Below, piece by piece: positions 27,001 through 38,604 of a stretch of DNA of 64,000 nt. Below the pieces are notes generated by a model that did no database searches, was not told the DNA's origin, and worked only from the letters and a program-made list of their open reading frames with translations. The translations under genes and the position numbers were made by a program. Source of the stretch: Eledone cirrhosa. Taxonomy: Eukaryota. The stretch spans positions 324,322,001-324,386,000 of the forward strand of contig OZ024743.1 in NCBI GenBank assembly GCA_964016885.1. The letters run 5' to 3'. Position 1 is the stretch's first letter. Each line of letters opens with the position of its first letter.

Positions 27001-29499
27001 TCTCAAGAAAGCAATTAGAGTAGAATCGATAGGGTTTAGCAGAGAGTTAGCCCTAGAGAAAAACAAAATAGAAAGAGAACTAGTAGCCACTTGACCCCAA
27101 GCAAATGTGCCCGTCCTTTCAGCAGCACTTTGCGCGACTGTTTGAGCAGAACGACGGTGAGCCGAACGGGGTAATGGACTTTAGTTCATACAACGACGGC
27201 CTGCCGCGTCTCTCGAACACGGACGCCGAGTTCTGCGAAAGACCGATGATGGACACTGAGATACGGGTCGCTCTGGGCCGCTGCGGGAAACGCAAGTCAC
27301 CAGGTCGAGATGGTCTACCCTATGAGTTTTACATAGACAAGCCAGTCTTGTTCTCTGGCGTCCTCGAAGCCATCTACTGCAATTAGCAGCAGAACAGGAG
27401 AATTCCCAGTTCTGCAGGCAAGGGCGTAGTAACGCTGATCAGGAAAGACGAGAACAAGGAGGACGAAATTAACAACTTCAGGCCCATAACTGCTCAACAC
27501 AGAGTTAAAGATTTTGTCCAAGGTGCTAGCGACGAGGTTGGCACTTATCGTTGAGAAAGCGCAAACGTGTGCAATCCCGACCAAGTCCATAAACGACAAC
27601 CTCCACCTCATGCGATACATCATAGAGAGGGTGGGTAGTAAACCCAGCTTCGGTTGGGCTCTGATCAAGTTGGATCAGTCTAAGGCATTCGATAGGGTCG
27701 AGCATCGATACTTGGAAGCGGTTCTCAAGGCGGCCGGTTTCGGTCCCGTTTTCTCAGGGTGGATCGAGGCGATGCGCACCAGCATCTGCTCGAGGGTCAA
27801 GGTGAACGGCTACCTATCGGAGCCGTTCGCAATCACGCGTTCCATTCGACAGGGGTGCCCTCCCTCCTCCATTCTGTATGTATTGACTCCAGAGCCACTA
27901 CTGCGAAAATTGGAGCTGTTGCAGGGCATCCCGTTGGAACCGGAACTGCGCAAAGCGGCGTCGGTTTATGGCGACGACGTGACGGTAATTGTGTCGAGCA
28001 CCTCGGAAATCGGGGTGATCGGCCACTTACTGAACGAGTACGAAACGCTGACGGGAGCAAAACTAAACCCGGACAAGTCTGTCGGTTTGCAACTCAGTAC
28101 GCGGAGAGGCAAACCGATGACATCCGACAGCGTCGTTGGACGCTGGACGGACGGACCGGTGAAATTGCTCGGGGTCTGGTTCGGTCCAGACCGCCAGGTG
28201 GAGAAAAACTGGAACGAGGTCACAACCAAGGTGTTTGCGCTCACCCAGAAGTGGCAGAGTGCAAACTGTCCTTGAAAGGTCGAACGGAGGTGGCGAACAC
28301 TTTCATAGCGTCTGTCATCTATTACCGCTTGACTGTCGTGCCTTGTCCCTGTGAACACCTCGCCAAGATGGAACGCATGCTCTTCCAGCTTCTGTGGAAG
28401 AAGCAGGCTCCGCTGGTGAGGAGATCCGTCTGCTGTCAGCACCTTTCCAACGGAGGGCTGGGAATGCCGTGGCTGATTATGCGCAAACATGCGCTGAGGC
28501 TGCGGCATCTCCAGGTATTCCTCACCGACCCCCAACTGACGGAGCTGCAGTCCTGGGTCAAGAAAAGACCGAAAACGATGGGCGCCTGGCACATTGAATG
28601 CGCTCAGGCGCTCACAGTCCTCTGGCAAGCGGGCACAGCAATCAGTTGGAGACTCCACTTCGACATTCTATAGAGGGATTGTACGCTACAAGGGCGACGA
28701 CATACTCGGAGAGATTCTGGGCGTCGAAGGCGATGAGCTCACCAGTCTGATTGGTAGGACTTTCCGCCCGGGACGTATGGACAACTTCCAGAGGTCCCTG
28801 GCCTGGCAGTGCTACCGAGGAGCTCTACCAGTTCGTGACAAGATTTACAGGCACGGACGCTCCGGCAGGGATCCTTCCAAGAGGACGTGTCCAAGATGCG
28901 CGCAAGACATTGAAACCGTCCTGCACACAATTGTACACTGCCCGGGCGTAACCGACCTGTGAAACTCTGCAGAACAACTGCTGTCGCGTATCGGACAAAT
29001 CCAGTTGACTGCCGAGTCCATAGTAAGGATCAAAACGCCAGCCCCTTTCAAAAACGAAAGAGAGGCGGTTTTCCTCTGTACAGTGGCTATGGTGAAAGAA
29101 GTTATATGGTGGATGAGATTGAGAGGACTGAGGACAGATGCCTTTCTCTCCGGACAACAACTCATTCCCTTCTTTAGGTACCACTTTAGAAGGAGAATCA
29201 GAGTGGAGGGAGAGGCACTGTACCCCAGTAAATTTACTGAAAGGTGGGTGAATGTAGCAAAAATGGCCCGAGTGATTGGGCCTTCTCTGTATATAAACCT
29301 GTAGCTTGAAGATGAGAGCAAAAGGAAGAAGGGAGCACTTGCACAACATGCTCCTGGAGTTGAGGGTTGTTCTATCTACGGGGTAGTAAACAACCCATTT
29401 GTAACGCCTCCTCCCTATCGGGGATTTGTTTGTTTGTTTGTTTGTTTGTTTCCTTGTATTGTCCCCTTTTCTTGGGTGCCCTTGTGGCAAATAATGAAA
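24024..29499 (+). mobile_element. Full-length Tx1 LINE copy 2 (diverged subfamily, decayed, internal deletion near 27088)
   Basis: Collinear with copy 1: ORF1 remnants, ORF2 from ATG 26148 to stop 29304, YGDDV; ends AATAATGAAA then TATATCTATC. Confidence 0.95.
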
Positions 29500-29652
29500 T
29501 ATATCTATCTATCTGTATGCATGTCTATTTGTCTATCCATCTAGACACATGTATGTATATGTAAAAGAAAGGAAGGGGATGGTGAAAAAACTATAGCAAA
29601 ACAGCAGCTAGCGTTTCATTTGCTATGCTGTGTGTGAGTAAATGTGTATGTG

Positions 29653-32600
29653 TCATCATCATCATCATCATCATCATCGTTTAACGTCCGTGTTCCACGC
29701 TTGCATGGGTTTGGACGGGGGTAGTCCCACTTGAGGCAAGAGTGATTGTCTTGCTCGCATAGGACTGTCTGGCAGGTTTTCTACAGTTGGATGCCCTTCC
29801 TAACACCAACCACATTTACAGTGTAGGTCTGGGAGGTTTTTACCGTGTTGCCTACACGGCCACATTACAGCGTGGACTGTGTGTTTTTTTGTCGTGACAC
29901 CTACACGATCTCATTTGTTTCGGCCTCGATGGCGCGGCACCAACATAACTTTACATAGAACGGGGTGGTGTGGATGGGGTGGGGGCGGGGGTGGTGGGAC
30001 GGGGTGTATTTTGTTAGAGATGCCTACTGGCTGGAGTAGGTTTTACTATATATTTAGGTAAGGCGGGTCTTCTCTGTTACTGAGTACCGCCAAAGGTCTC
30101 GGTCCAGTGACATTGTCTTGGAGAGGTGTAAGTGTGTGATGTCGGAGTTTATCAGCTCGTCCCAGGTTTTTCTAGGTCTGCCTATTCCGTGACTACCGTC
30201 TATCTTTATTGCCCTGCACTTTGTTATACAGCTATCGACTTTCATGCGCATCACGTGTCCATACCAACGTAGCCTTCTCTCGAGTAAACAACATCTGATC
30301 CCTCTTATCTCTAATTTTTTCCTTAGTTCGTTTATGCTTTGCCGTTCACGTATATTACTGTTACACATCCAGTGGAGCATGCAAGCTTCGTTCCTCTCTA
30401 GTCTGCGTATATCCTCTGCGCACAATGCCCAGGTCTCACTGCCATGCAGCATTGCTGTTCGTATGCAGGCATCGTACAACCTGCCTTTCATTTTTAGTGA
30501 GAACCCTTTAGCAGCTAATAGTGGTATAAGCTCTCTGAACTTTTTCCAACCAGTTCTGACTCTAGCTACAGTACTTTCAGAGCACCCTCCCCCACTGCTG
30601 ATTTTATCGCCCAGGTAACGGAAGCTGTCCACTATTTCTATAGAACCCTCTGCGCAATTGAAAGAGCTAGTAGTTTGTGGGCACTTGCTGCTACTTATTG
30701 CACCAGAGCACCGGCCACATGTAAAATCTATGTTCTTAGTTAGCTTACCTGTGATCCCACTACATCTTTTATGCACCCATACTTTGCATTTAGGACATAA
30801 AATGGAGTTTCTACCTACGCCTTTCCTACACACCGAGCACGACCATTTCCCAGAAGGGACCGCCACCTTGTTTTCTTTCCTACAAACTAGTACTTTGGTC
30901 TTAGCCAGGTTAATTTTAAGTCCTTTTGACTCTAGGCCGTGCTTCCATGTTTGGAATTTCTTCTCTAGCTCGGCCATTGATTCCGCTATGAGTGTCAGGT
31001 CGTCTGCGTATAGGAGTTCCCATGGGCAGCCTGTCTTGAACTCCTCTGTTATAGCCTGAAGGGCAATAATAAATAGTAGTGGGCTGAGAACAGAGCCCTG
31101 ATGGACGCCAACTTTTACGCTAAACTCTTCACTATATTCGTTGTTAATTCTAACCTTGCTGACTGTTTCTTTATACATGGCTTGTATAGCCCTCACAAGC
31201 CATTCGTCAACGCCTAGTTTTCTAAGAGCCCACCAGATAATGGAGCGGGGGACTCTGTCGAAGGCTTTCTCCAAGTCGACAAAAGCTAAGTAGAGGGGTT
31301 TACCTTTAGCTAGGTACTTCTCCTGTAGTTGTCGTACTATGAAAAGAGCGTCTGTGGTACTTTTGCCTGACACAAACCCGAACTGCATTTCATCTAGGTC
31401 AATTCTCTCTCTGATTAGTTGCGCTATTACTTTTTCCGTGACCTTCATGACCTGGTTGATTAATTTAATGCCTCTATAGTTACTCCTATCTAGGGCGTCT
31501 CCTTTACCCTTATAACAGTTAACGATGATGCTGCTATGCCAGTCCTTCGGAACAACCCCATTCTGTACGACTTGGTTAACTATGCGGGTGACCATGGTGT
31601 GTCCCACCGTGCCAGATGCCTTCAGCATCTCAGCAACTATTTCCGAAGGCCCAGCCGCCTTACCCGTCTTCATATCCTTGATTGCCTTACTTATTATACT
31701 CCCCTCGACTAACACTGCTGGTCCCTCTATTGGGTCGATATGGGGGAGACTGCCTTTCTCCCAATTATTCTCCTCATTTACTAGCCTTTCATAGTGACAC
31801 TTCCAAGCTACCTTCTTATCAGCGTCGGTGATGGCAAGTGTGCCATCGTCGTTTAGTACACACTTCTCCCCGACAATATCACGGTTTTCCTTGACGCATT
31901 GCCTAGCAATCCTGAACACCTCACGTTTTTGGTCATCGCGTTGTAGAACATGCTTGAACTTTCTTTCCTCAGCTTCCCTTCTTGCTAAGTACACTTGTCT
32001 CCTAGCTTCCCTCCTGGCCACTTGATAGTCCTCTCTACTTCCCCCATCCCGCCATACTTTCCAAGCCTGCTTTTTGGCCTTAATTGACCCCTCCACCTTA
32101 CTGTTCCACCACCATGTTACTCTCCTCCTGCCTACAGGCCTGCTCCAGCCACAGACTTCGTCTGTCGCCAACAGCAGGTTTGCTTTCAGAAATTCCCACT
32201 CTCCCTCTATATTGTCCGACTCTAAATGTTCTTCCTTACTGTCGAAAGCATCAAGTAATATGCTTTGAAATTTATTCCTGGCTGTGGGGTCCTTTAGCTT
32301 CCATATTTTCCTCCTGAGGATAGTCCTCTTCTGTTGTCGAGTACGTCTCGTCCTGACTATGAGGTCGCTAATTATCAGTCTATGTTGGGAGGTGCATTCT
32401 TCATGGGGGAGGGATTTAGTGTTAACAACAGACACTCTGTCACGTCTTCTGGTAAGGATATAATCTACCTGGCTTGTGTGTTCCCCGGATCTATAGGTGA
32501 TCAGGTGATTGTCACGTTTTTTGAAGTTAGTGTTACAGATAGTTAGGTTATTTGCATCACAGAATTCCAGGATTCTGGAGCCTTCCTCATTTCTAGTACC

Positions 32601-32826
32601 AAACCCATAGCCTCCATGGATTTCGTCATAGCCGTCACAATGTTGTCCAACGTGACCATTTAGGTCGCCTGCGATAATTATATAGTCACTGTCGGATATT
32701 TGGGAGGTAGTTAGCATCAGTGTCTCATAGAATCTGTCTTTTATAGTGCCGGGCAGTCCGGATTGGGGTGCGTACGCAGATATTACTGTCACCGTAGTTC
32801 TATTGAGGACAAGTCGTATTTTAATT
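29653..32826 (-). mobile_element. 5'-truncated, young RTE-clade LINE
   Basis: Open 912-aa frame, 3'UTR and (GAT)n tail; sits in a (TG/CA)-rich tract. Confidence 0.95.
30054..32792 (-). CDS. RTE ORF: partial APE endonuclease, reverse transcriptase, PHD-like finger (N-terminus truncated)
   Basis: SAYAPQ, GDLNGHVG, QVDYIL; YRGIKL, QFGF, FVDLEKAFD, GVHQGSVLSP, LLYADD; RRLRWYGHV; no internal stops. Confidence 0.9.
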   Translation of the reverse strand: MTVISAYAPQSGLPGTIKDRFYETLMLTTSQISDSDYIIIAGDLNGHVGQHCDGYDEIHGGYGFGTRNEEGSRILEFCDANNLTICNTNFKKRDNHLITYRSGEHTSQVDYILTRRRDRVSVVNTKSLPHEECTSQHRLIISDLIVRTRRTRQQKRTILRRKIWKLKDPTARNKFQSILLDAFDSKEEHLESDNIEGEWEFLKANLLLATDEVCGWSRPVGRRRVTWWWNSKVEGSIKAKKQAWKVWRDGGSREDYQVARREARRQVYLARREAEERKFKHVLQRDDQKREVFRIARQCVKENRDIVGEKCVLNDDGTLAITDADKKVAWKCHYERLVNEENNWEKGSLPHIDPIEGPAVLVEGSIISKAIKDMKTGKAAGPSEIVAEMLKASGTVGHTMVTRIVNQVVQNGVVPKDWHSSIIVNCYKGKGDALDRSNYRGIKLINQVMKVTEKVIAQLIRERIDLDEMQFGFVSGKSTTDALFIVRQLQEKYLAKGKPLYLAFVDLEKAFDRVPRSIIWWALRKLGVDEWLVRAIQAMYKETVSKVRINNEYSEEFSVKVGVHQGSVLSPLLFIIALQAITEEFKTGCPWELLYADDLTLIAESMAELEKKFQTWKHGLESKGLKINLAKTKVLVCRKENKVAVPSGKWSCSVCRKGVGRNSILCPKCKVWVHKRCSGITGKLTKNIDFTCGRCSGAISSSKCPQTTSSFNCAEGSIEIVDSFRYLGDKISSGGGCSESTVARVRTGWKKFRELIPLLAAKGFSLKMKGRLYDACIRTAMLHGSETWALCAEDIRRLERNEACMLHWMCNSNIRERQSINELRKKLEIRGIRCCLLERRLRWYGHVMRMKVDSCITKCRAIKIDGSHGIGRPRKTWDELINSDITHLHLSKTMSLDRDLWRYSVTEKTRLT

Positions 32827-34524
32827 GTGTTTGTGTAAATGTATGTGTGTGTGTGAGAATGTATGTGTGCGTTTGTGTGAATGTATATGAGTATTTGTGT
32901 GAATGTATGTCTGTGAGTGTGTATTTTTGTAAGTGTGTCTGTGTTTGAATGGTTATATTTATATATTCATCCATATAAATGTATGCATATGCACATATAC
33001 ACATGCACACATATACACATGTGTCAGTATGTTGAAAAAAAATTTAGTATTTTAAAATGGTCAGTTTTGTGTCATAAAAGTATGGGTGTCTTTAGGTAGA
33101 TTGGCATCAAAAAGGCTAACACAGGAGCTATATCGGGTGGGAGGGGGGATGTCACCATATTTGTAATTCACTGGGAAAAATGCAATGTAAGTATGTATTT
33201 GTATATGTGTGTATGTATGTGTATATATATGTGTGTATGTATATGCATGTATCAATGTATGAATGTATATATGTATGCATGTATGTATGTATGAGTACAT
33301 GTATGTATGTATGTATGTATATATGTGTACCTATGTGTGTGTATGTATATGTATAAATATATATATATATGTGTGTGTATGTACATCTGAATGTATGTAT
33401 GTGTGTATGTATGTATGTATGAGATCTAATATGACTGGAGTGACAGTGGTTGGTGGGGGGGGGGGGGGGTTAATATAGTGTTTGTGAAAACTCTTCAATC
33501 CAGCCTAGTGTATGACATGACATATTCTTTAGTGCTGGGCTACAATAAAATGTATGCAGTACACCCTGTAAAGTGACAGTGTTGGTACCATGATAAAATG
33601 CACCCTCCATACTCTGTAAAGTGGTAGTACTTGTGTCATGATAAAACACACCCACTACACCCTGTAAGGTGGTTAGCATTAGGAAGGTCATCCGGGTATA
33701 GAAATCATGCTAAATATGGAATATACGAGCATGATGAGGTCACTCCAACATGTCTCGGACCATGCCAAATTGTCCAATCAATGCCAGTATGGAAACTGGA
33801 CTTAAGATGATGTTAAAAGATCAAATTGAATGTCTTGGTAATTATTTCAGGTTACTGAGTTCTGAGTTCAAATGCTTCTATGGTCAACTTTGCCATTCAT
33901 TCTTTCGGGGTCAATAAATAAAATACCAGTTCTGGAGGCAGTGGCCATGTAGATTTGTTAATGAGTTGGAAAGAATGTATTGTGGTATCTAATCTGGTTC
34001 TGTGTATTCTGAGTTCAAATCCTGCCAGGAGTTTTGACTAATAAATAATCTCAGCAATGGAATGACCAACAGAAATTTAGTTTCCTTGGTCCAATCTGAT
34101 AATCAGTTCTTTTTTCTGCCAGGATTAGTTATTGACAGATAGTATGAGCAATGAAAAGACCAATGGAAACAATGTTTACTTGGTTTGATCTGATGATCAG
34201 CTCCTTTCAGTTTTCTTTTTTTTTTTCATGGGAAACTTATAGACATAATTGAGGCATTCTTAATGGAAATTAGATGATGACAATGATGATGACTATGTTG
34301 TCTCTGGATGTCTGTTAATTTCAATGTGGCCTACCAGTGTAAAAGTGATACCTCAACCCTTGCCCTCACCACTAGGCCACAGGCCAACATATGGATCATC
34401 TCACTATTATTATACATTTTATGAAAGATTTATAGATTTAATTGAGGCATTCTTCTACATTACTGCTTCTATTTGAACAAATAGGAGATATTTTAATTGT
34501 TACTTTAAATAGAACTCAAAGTTA

Positions 34525-35500
34525 AATGAAGCTCTCTCTCTCTCTCTCTCTCTCCCTCTCTCTCTCTCCCTCTCTCTCTTTCTCTCACACACACACACAC
34601 ACACACACAAACACAGATATTGGAACTCATAGGAACACTGAAACACATGTTCACACACAGTGAAGCACATACAAACACATACAAACACTGCAAACACTGC
34701 AAACACTGCAAACACTCCCACACAAACATTGACACACATACACATTGACATATTGAAACACACATAGCCAAACACACACACATGCACCCACTTACATATA
34801 GACATACAAACACACACTCACATACAAACACATGTATGCACTCTAGCAGACACACATAGAAACACACACAATCAGGCATACATACACACACACAAATTCA
34901 CCATGTGAAATGATTTGGCTGTGTTCCTTCTCCACTTACCAAAAGCAGCAGATATATCACCACCACCACGACCACCACCACCACCAGCACCACCACCACC
35001 ACCACCACAACCACCACAACCAGCACGACCAACACCACCGCCGCCGCCGCCACCGCCACAATCATCATCACTATCATCACCAACACCACTACCAACACCA
35101 CCACAAAAACCACCAAAACCCCACCTCCACTACCACCACCACAGCAACCACCACCACCAGCACTACCAACATCACCAACAAAACCAACACCACCACAATC
35201 ACCAACACTACCACCACCAACAAAACTACCAACACCACCACCACCAAAACCCCACCCCCAGTACCACCACCACAGCAACCACCACCACCACCACCAACAT
35301 CACCAACAACACCAACACCACCACAACACCACCACTAACAACAACAACAAAACCACCAACACCTACACCACCACCACCACCACCACAACCACAACAACCA
35401 CCAACACCACCATCATCATCAACACGACCACCAACACCACCACTACCACCAACACCACCATCACCACCATCACCACCAACATGTATCATCCACAACCATA
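34525..35500. repeat. (CT)n, (CA)n and (ACC)n low-complexity block
   Basis: Direct reading. Confidence 0.9.
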
Positions 35501-35664
35501 TCTGTTATTTTTATTTTTTTCAAATCCAATAATCAGTCTGTTTGTATTATTGATTCTTTGTACACACTAATGTAGGGATCAATATGATCAATATGACAGA
35601 ATGTGTTTGGAGAGAACAAACATTGGAGCTAAAAATTTACAGGAATTTAACAATCAACAAAATT

Positions 35665-36240
35665 TGAACCCTTTCCCGACCAAACTGCCTTAAACTGACC
35701 CTGCCTCTATGATATTTATTTTATAGTGTCTAACTTTTATTTTAAAATCTTACATCATAATTTTATGTAAGAACATTTGTTAAGTTATGTTCCAAACACA
35801 AACTTAACATACAAAACAACCCCTTGTTTTATGATACAAAACCAGCCCTTGTTTTATGATACAAAACCATTTGTTTTAGTGATGATGATCATGATTTATC
35901 TAAAAATCTTCCATCATAATATTATGTAAGAACCTTTGTTAAGTTATGTTCCAAACACCAACTTAAAATTGTTCATACAAAACCACCCGAAACCACCCCT
36001 CATTCTATGATACAAAATCGTTTGTTTTAATGCTTATATTTATCTAAAACCTTTCCGTCATAATATTATGTAAGAACCTTTATTAAGTTATGTTCCAAAC
36101 ACGAGCTTAATAATAAGGAAGTTAGTTATATCACTAAATCCCTTCAAATTCTTAATTATTTTCAACATTATTTGAAAATCATAGACAGTGTCTTTTATTA
36201 GGAATATGGTAATGAAAGGAGACTATGCAAGTTAAACATT
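35665..36240. repeat. AT-rich dispersed repeat with internal tandem subunits (relatives ~9280-9390, 11760-11880, 14935-15105, 15890-16410, 51390-52130, 54225-54590)
   Basis: Recurrent ATCATAATTTTATGTAAGAACCTTTGTTAAGTTATGTTCCAAACAC, with TTAACCCTTT-like ends in several copies. Confidence 0.65.
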
Positions 36241-36679
36241 TTTTAGTAGAAAGAAATTGTAAAGAATATTATTGTAGTTGGATATTCTCAAAGAGCAAGA
36301 ATGGAATGGATCCAAATTGGGAAGCTTAAAATTAAAGAATGCATTATTATAACATGGAGGTGTTATGTGAAAGTGTGTGTGTGTTTATGGGTGTTTCTGT
36401 GTTTGTTTGTATGTATGTGTATATGTATGGGCATGTGTTCACATGTGTATGTATGTATGTATGTGTGTATGGGAGAGATGACCCCTTAGCCTTTGTCAAG
36501 GCAGAATTCTAGGAGAAGGAAAACTCTGATATAACACCTGCAACCCTGATGGTATCCAATGATGTTGACTTGTTCTTCTTTTTGGTAAATATCATCTTGG
36601 TTAAGAGAGTGGGACTGGCTTTGTGCAGTGCCTTTGCTCACTATAAAAGCTTCACGGCACAGGCATTGCTTTATATCTG

Positions 36680-36881
36680 GAGATCTCTCTGCACTTGTCA
36701 TCACATGGTACCATGGGCCCAGCACTATGTGTCAACAATTGTCACAAGTGTAGTGTTTGTACCAGAGTTTTCAAGTCGCTGGCTGGACTAAAAAGTCACG
36801 CTCGTTCAGCGCATCGGTAGGGGTTCTCCTACATGGATATAAAGTAGTGGCCGTACTCGAAAACGAGTTGGCAGCCACCAT
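36680..36881 (+). mobile_element. 3' fragment of the RTE-BovB-like family at 40239-42451
   Basis: Matches 42255-42451, including GGCCGTACTCGAAAACGAGTTGGCAGCCACCAT. Confidence 0.9.
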
Positions 36882-37054
36882 GTGTGTATATAAGTCTGTA
36901 TGTAGGCATGCAGGCATGTATGTGTATACGTGTATATGTATGTGTGTGTACCTATGTATGTGTATATGTATGTGTTTGTATATGCATTTGTGAATGTATG
37001 TATGTGTGTATGTATATATGTTTGTATGACGTATATATGTATGATTGTATGTAT

Positions 37055-37101
<47 letters not shown>

Positions 37102-37423
37102 TTAACGTCCGCTTTTCCCTGCTTGCAAGGGTGGGATGGGAACTGATTCTGGCTTGATTTCTACAGCTGGATGCCCTTCCTAACACCAACCTCATTCACA
37201 GTGAGTGCTGGGTGCTTTTTTGCCATGGCACCTTCATGACCACTTTGCAGTGGAATGATAGGGACCCCAGTCCCTATCATCTCATTTCTACAGCTGAGTA
37301 AACTGGAGCAATGTGAAATAAAGTGTCTTGCTCAAGGAAACAACACATCACCCGGTCTGAGAATTGAACTCACAACCTTTCGATTGCAAGGCCAATGCTC
37401 TAACCACTAAGCCATGTGCCTCC
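37055..37423 (-). mobile_element. CORE-type SINE, tail type B
   Basis: Near-identical to 4156-4494; (GAT)n tail. Confidence 0.9.
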
Positions 37424-37470
37424 ATTATATGTATAAATATATGTGCCATGTGCCTCCATATATGTATAAA

Positions 37471-38111
37471 TATATGTATGTATAATATGTATATATGTAT
37501 GTATGAGTGTATCTATGTATATATGTATATATGTACATATGTATATATATATATATAAAAGAATAGAGGTGTAACACACAAGTTATTATATATTGGTAAA
37601 CGGAATAGAAAATGCTGACAAATTGTTCACAGTTGAAAAATGGTTTAATTAGGAATAAAAGAGTATTAGTGATTGTATGGGTTAGTATTCAGTTGTGGTT
37701 TTAAGTTTTTAAGTTTTTACCGGTTGCGCATTTCTAAATGCTTTTCAAAAATAATTTTGAGATAGAGTGTCCGTGCTGTTTGCTTTGCTCAGATCAGAGC
37801 AAACAGCACGGACACTCTATCTCAAAATTATTTTTGAAAAGCATTTAGAAATGCGCAACCGGTAAAAACTTAAAAACTTAAAACCACAACTGAATACTAA
37901 CCCATACAATCACTAATACTCTTTTATTCCTAATTAAACCATTTTTCAACTGTGAACAATTTGTCAGCATTTTCTATTCCGTTTACCAATATATAATAAC
38001 TTGTGTGTTACACCTCTATTCTTTTATATATATATATATACATATGTACATATATACATATATACATAGATACACTCATACATACATATATACATATTAT
38101 ACATACATATA
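37471..38111. repeat. ~640-bp near-perfect palindrome (arms ~314 bp, 13-nt loop at 37785-37797)
   Basis: 37471-37784 reads as the reverse complement of 37798-38111. Confidence 0.95.
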
Positions 38112-38117
38112 CTTATA

Positions 38118-38271
38118 CGGAGGTGGTGAGAGCAGACCTCAGATCGCTGAAACTCATGGAGCAGATGACGAGGGACCGTGACAAGTGGAGAGATACTGTG
38201 CTGAATAGGACCCATCCAACTCTTGCAAGCAGGGAAAAACGGACGTAAAATGATGATGATGATGATGATGA
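38118..38271 (+). mobile_element. Inverted 3' end of the RTE at 38605-40144 (donor of SINE tail B)
   Basis: Encodes EVVRADLRSLKL...DRDKWR, continuing ...[10 protein letters not shown] of the minus-strand body; (GAT)n tail. Confidence 0.85.
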
Positions 38272-38481
38272 TATATACATATGTCCATACGCACATATAT
38301 ATATATATGCATACATATATTCATATATTCATATATACATATATACATATATACATACATGCATATATGCATATATACATATATACATATATGCATACAT
38401 ACATATATACATATGTACATGCATACATATATACATATATACATATATACATATATACATACATACATATATACATATATG

Positions 38482-38536
<55 letters not shown>

Positions 38537-38604
38537 GTATATATATACATATATACATAGATACACTCATACATACATATATACATATTATACATACATG
38601 TATA

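Noticed and set aside
27966-28658. Long antisense ORFs over LINE ORF2 regions
   Set aside because: Shadow frames of GC-rich coding sequence; not conserved as intact frames between subfamilies.
22623-28962. General excess of Trp-to-stop changes (22623, 25041, 27384, 28960) as evidence of systematic recoding
   Set aside because: Each is private to one copy, and TGG to TAG/TGA is an ordinary transition in dead elements. Only the shared stop at 22884/47047 was kept.
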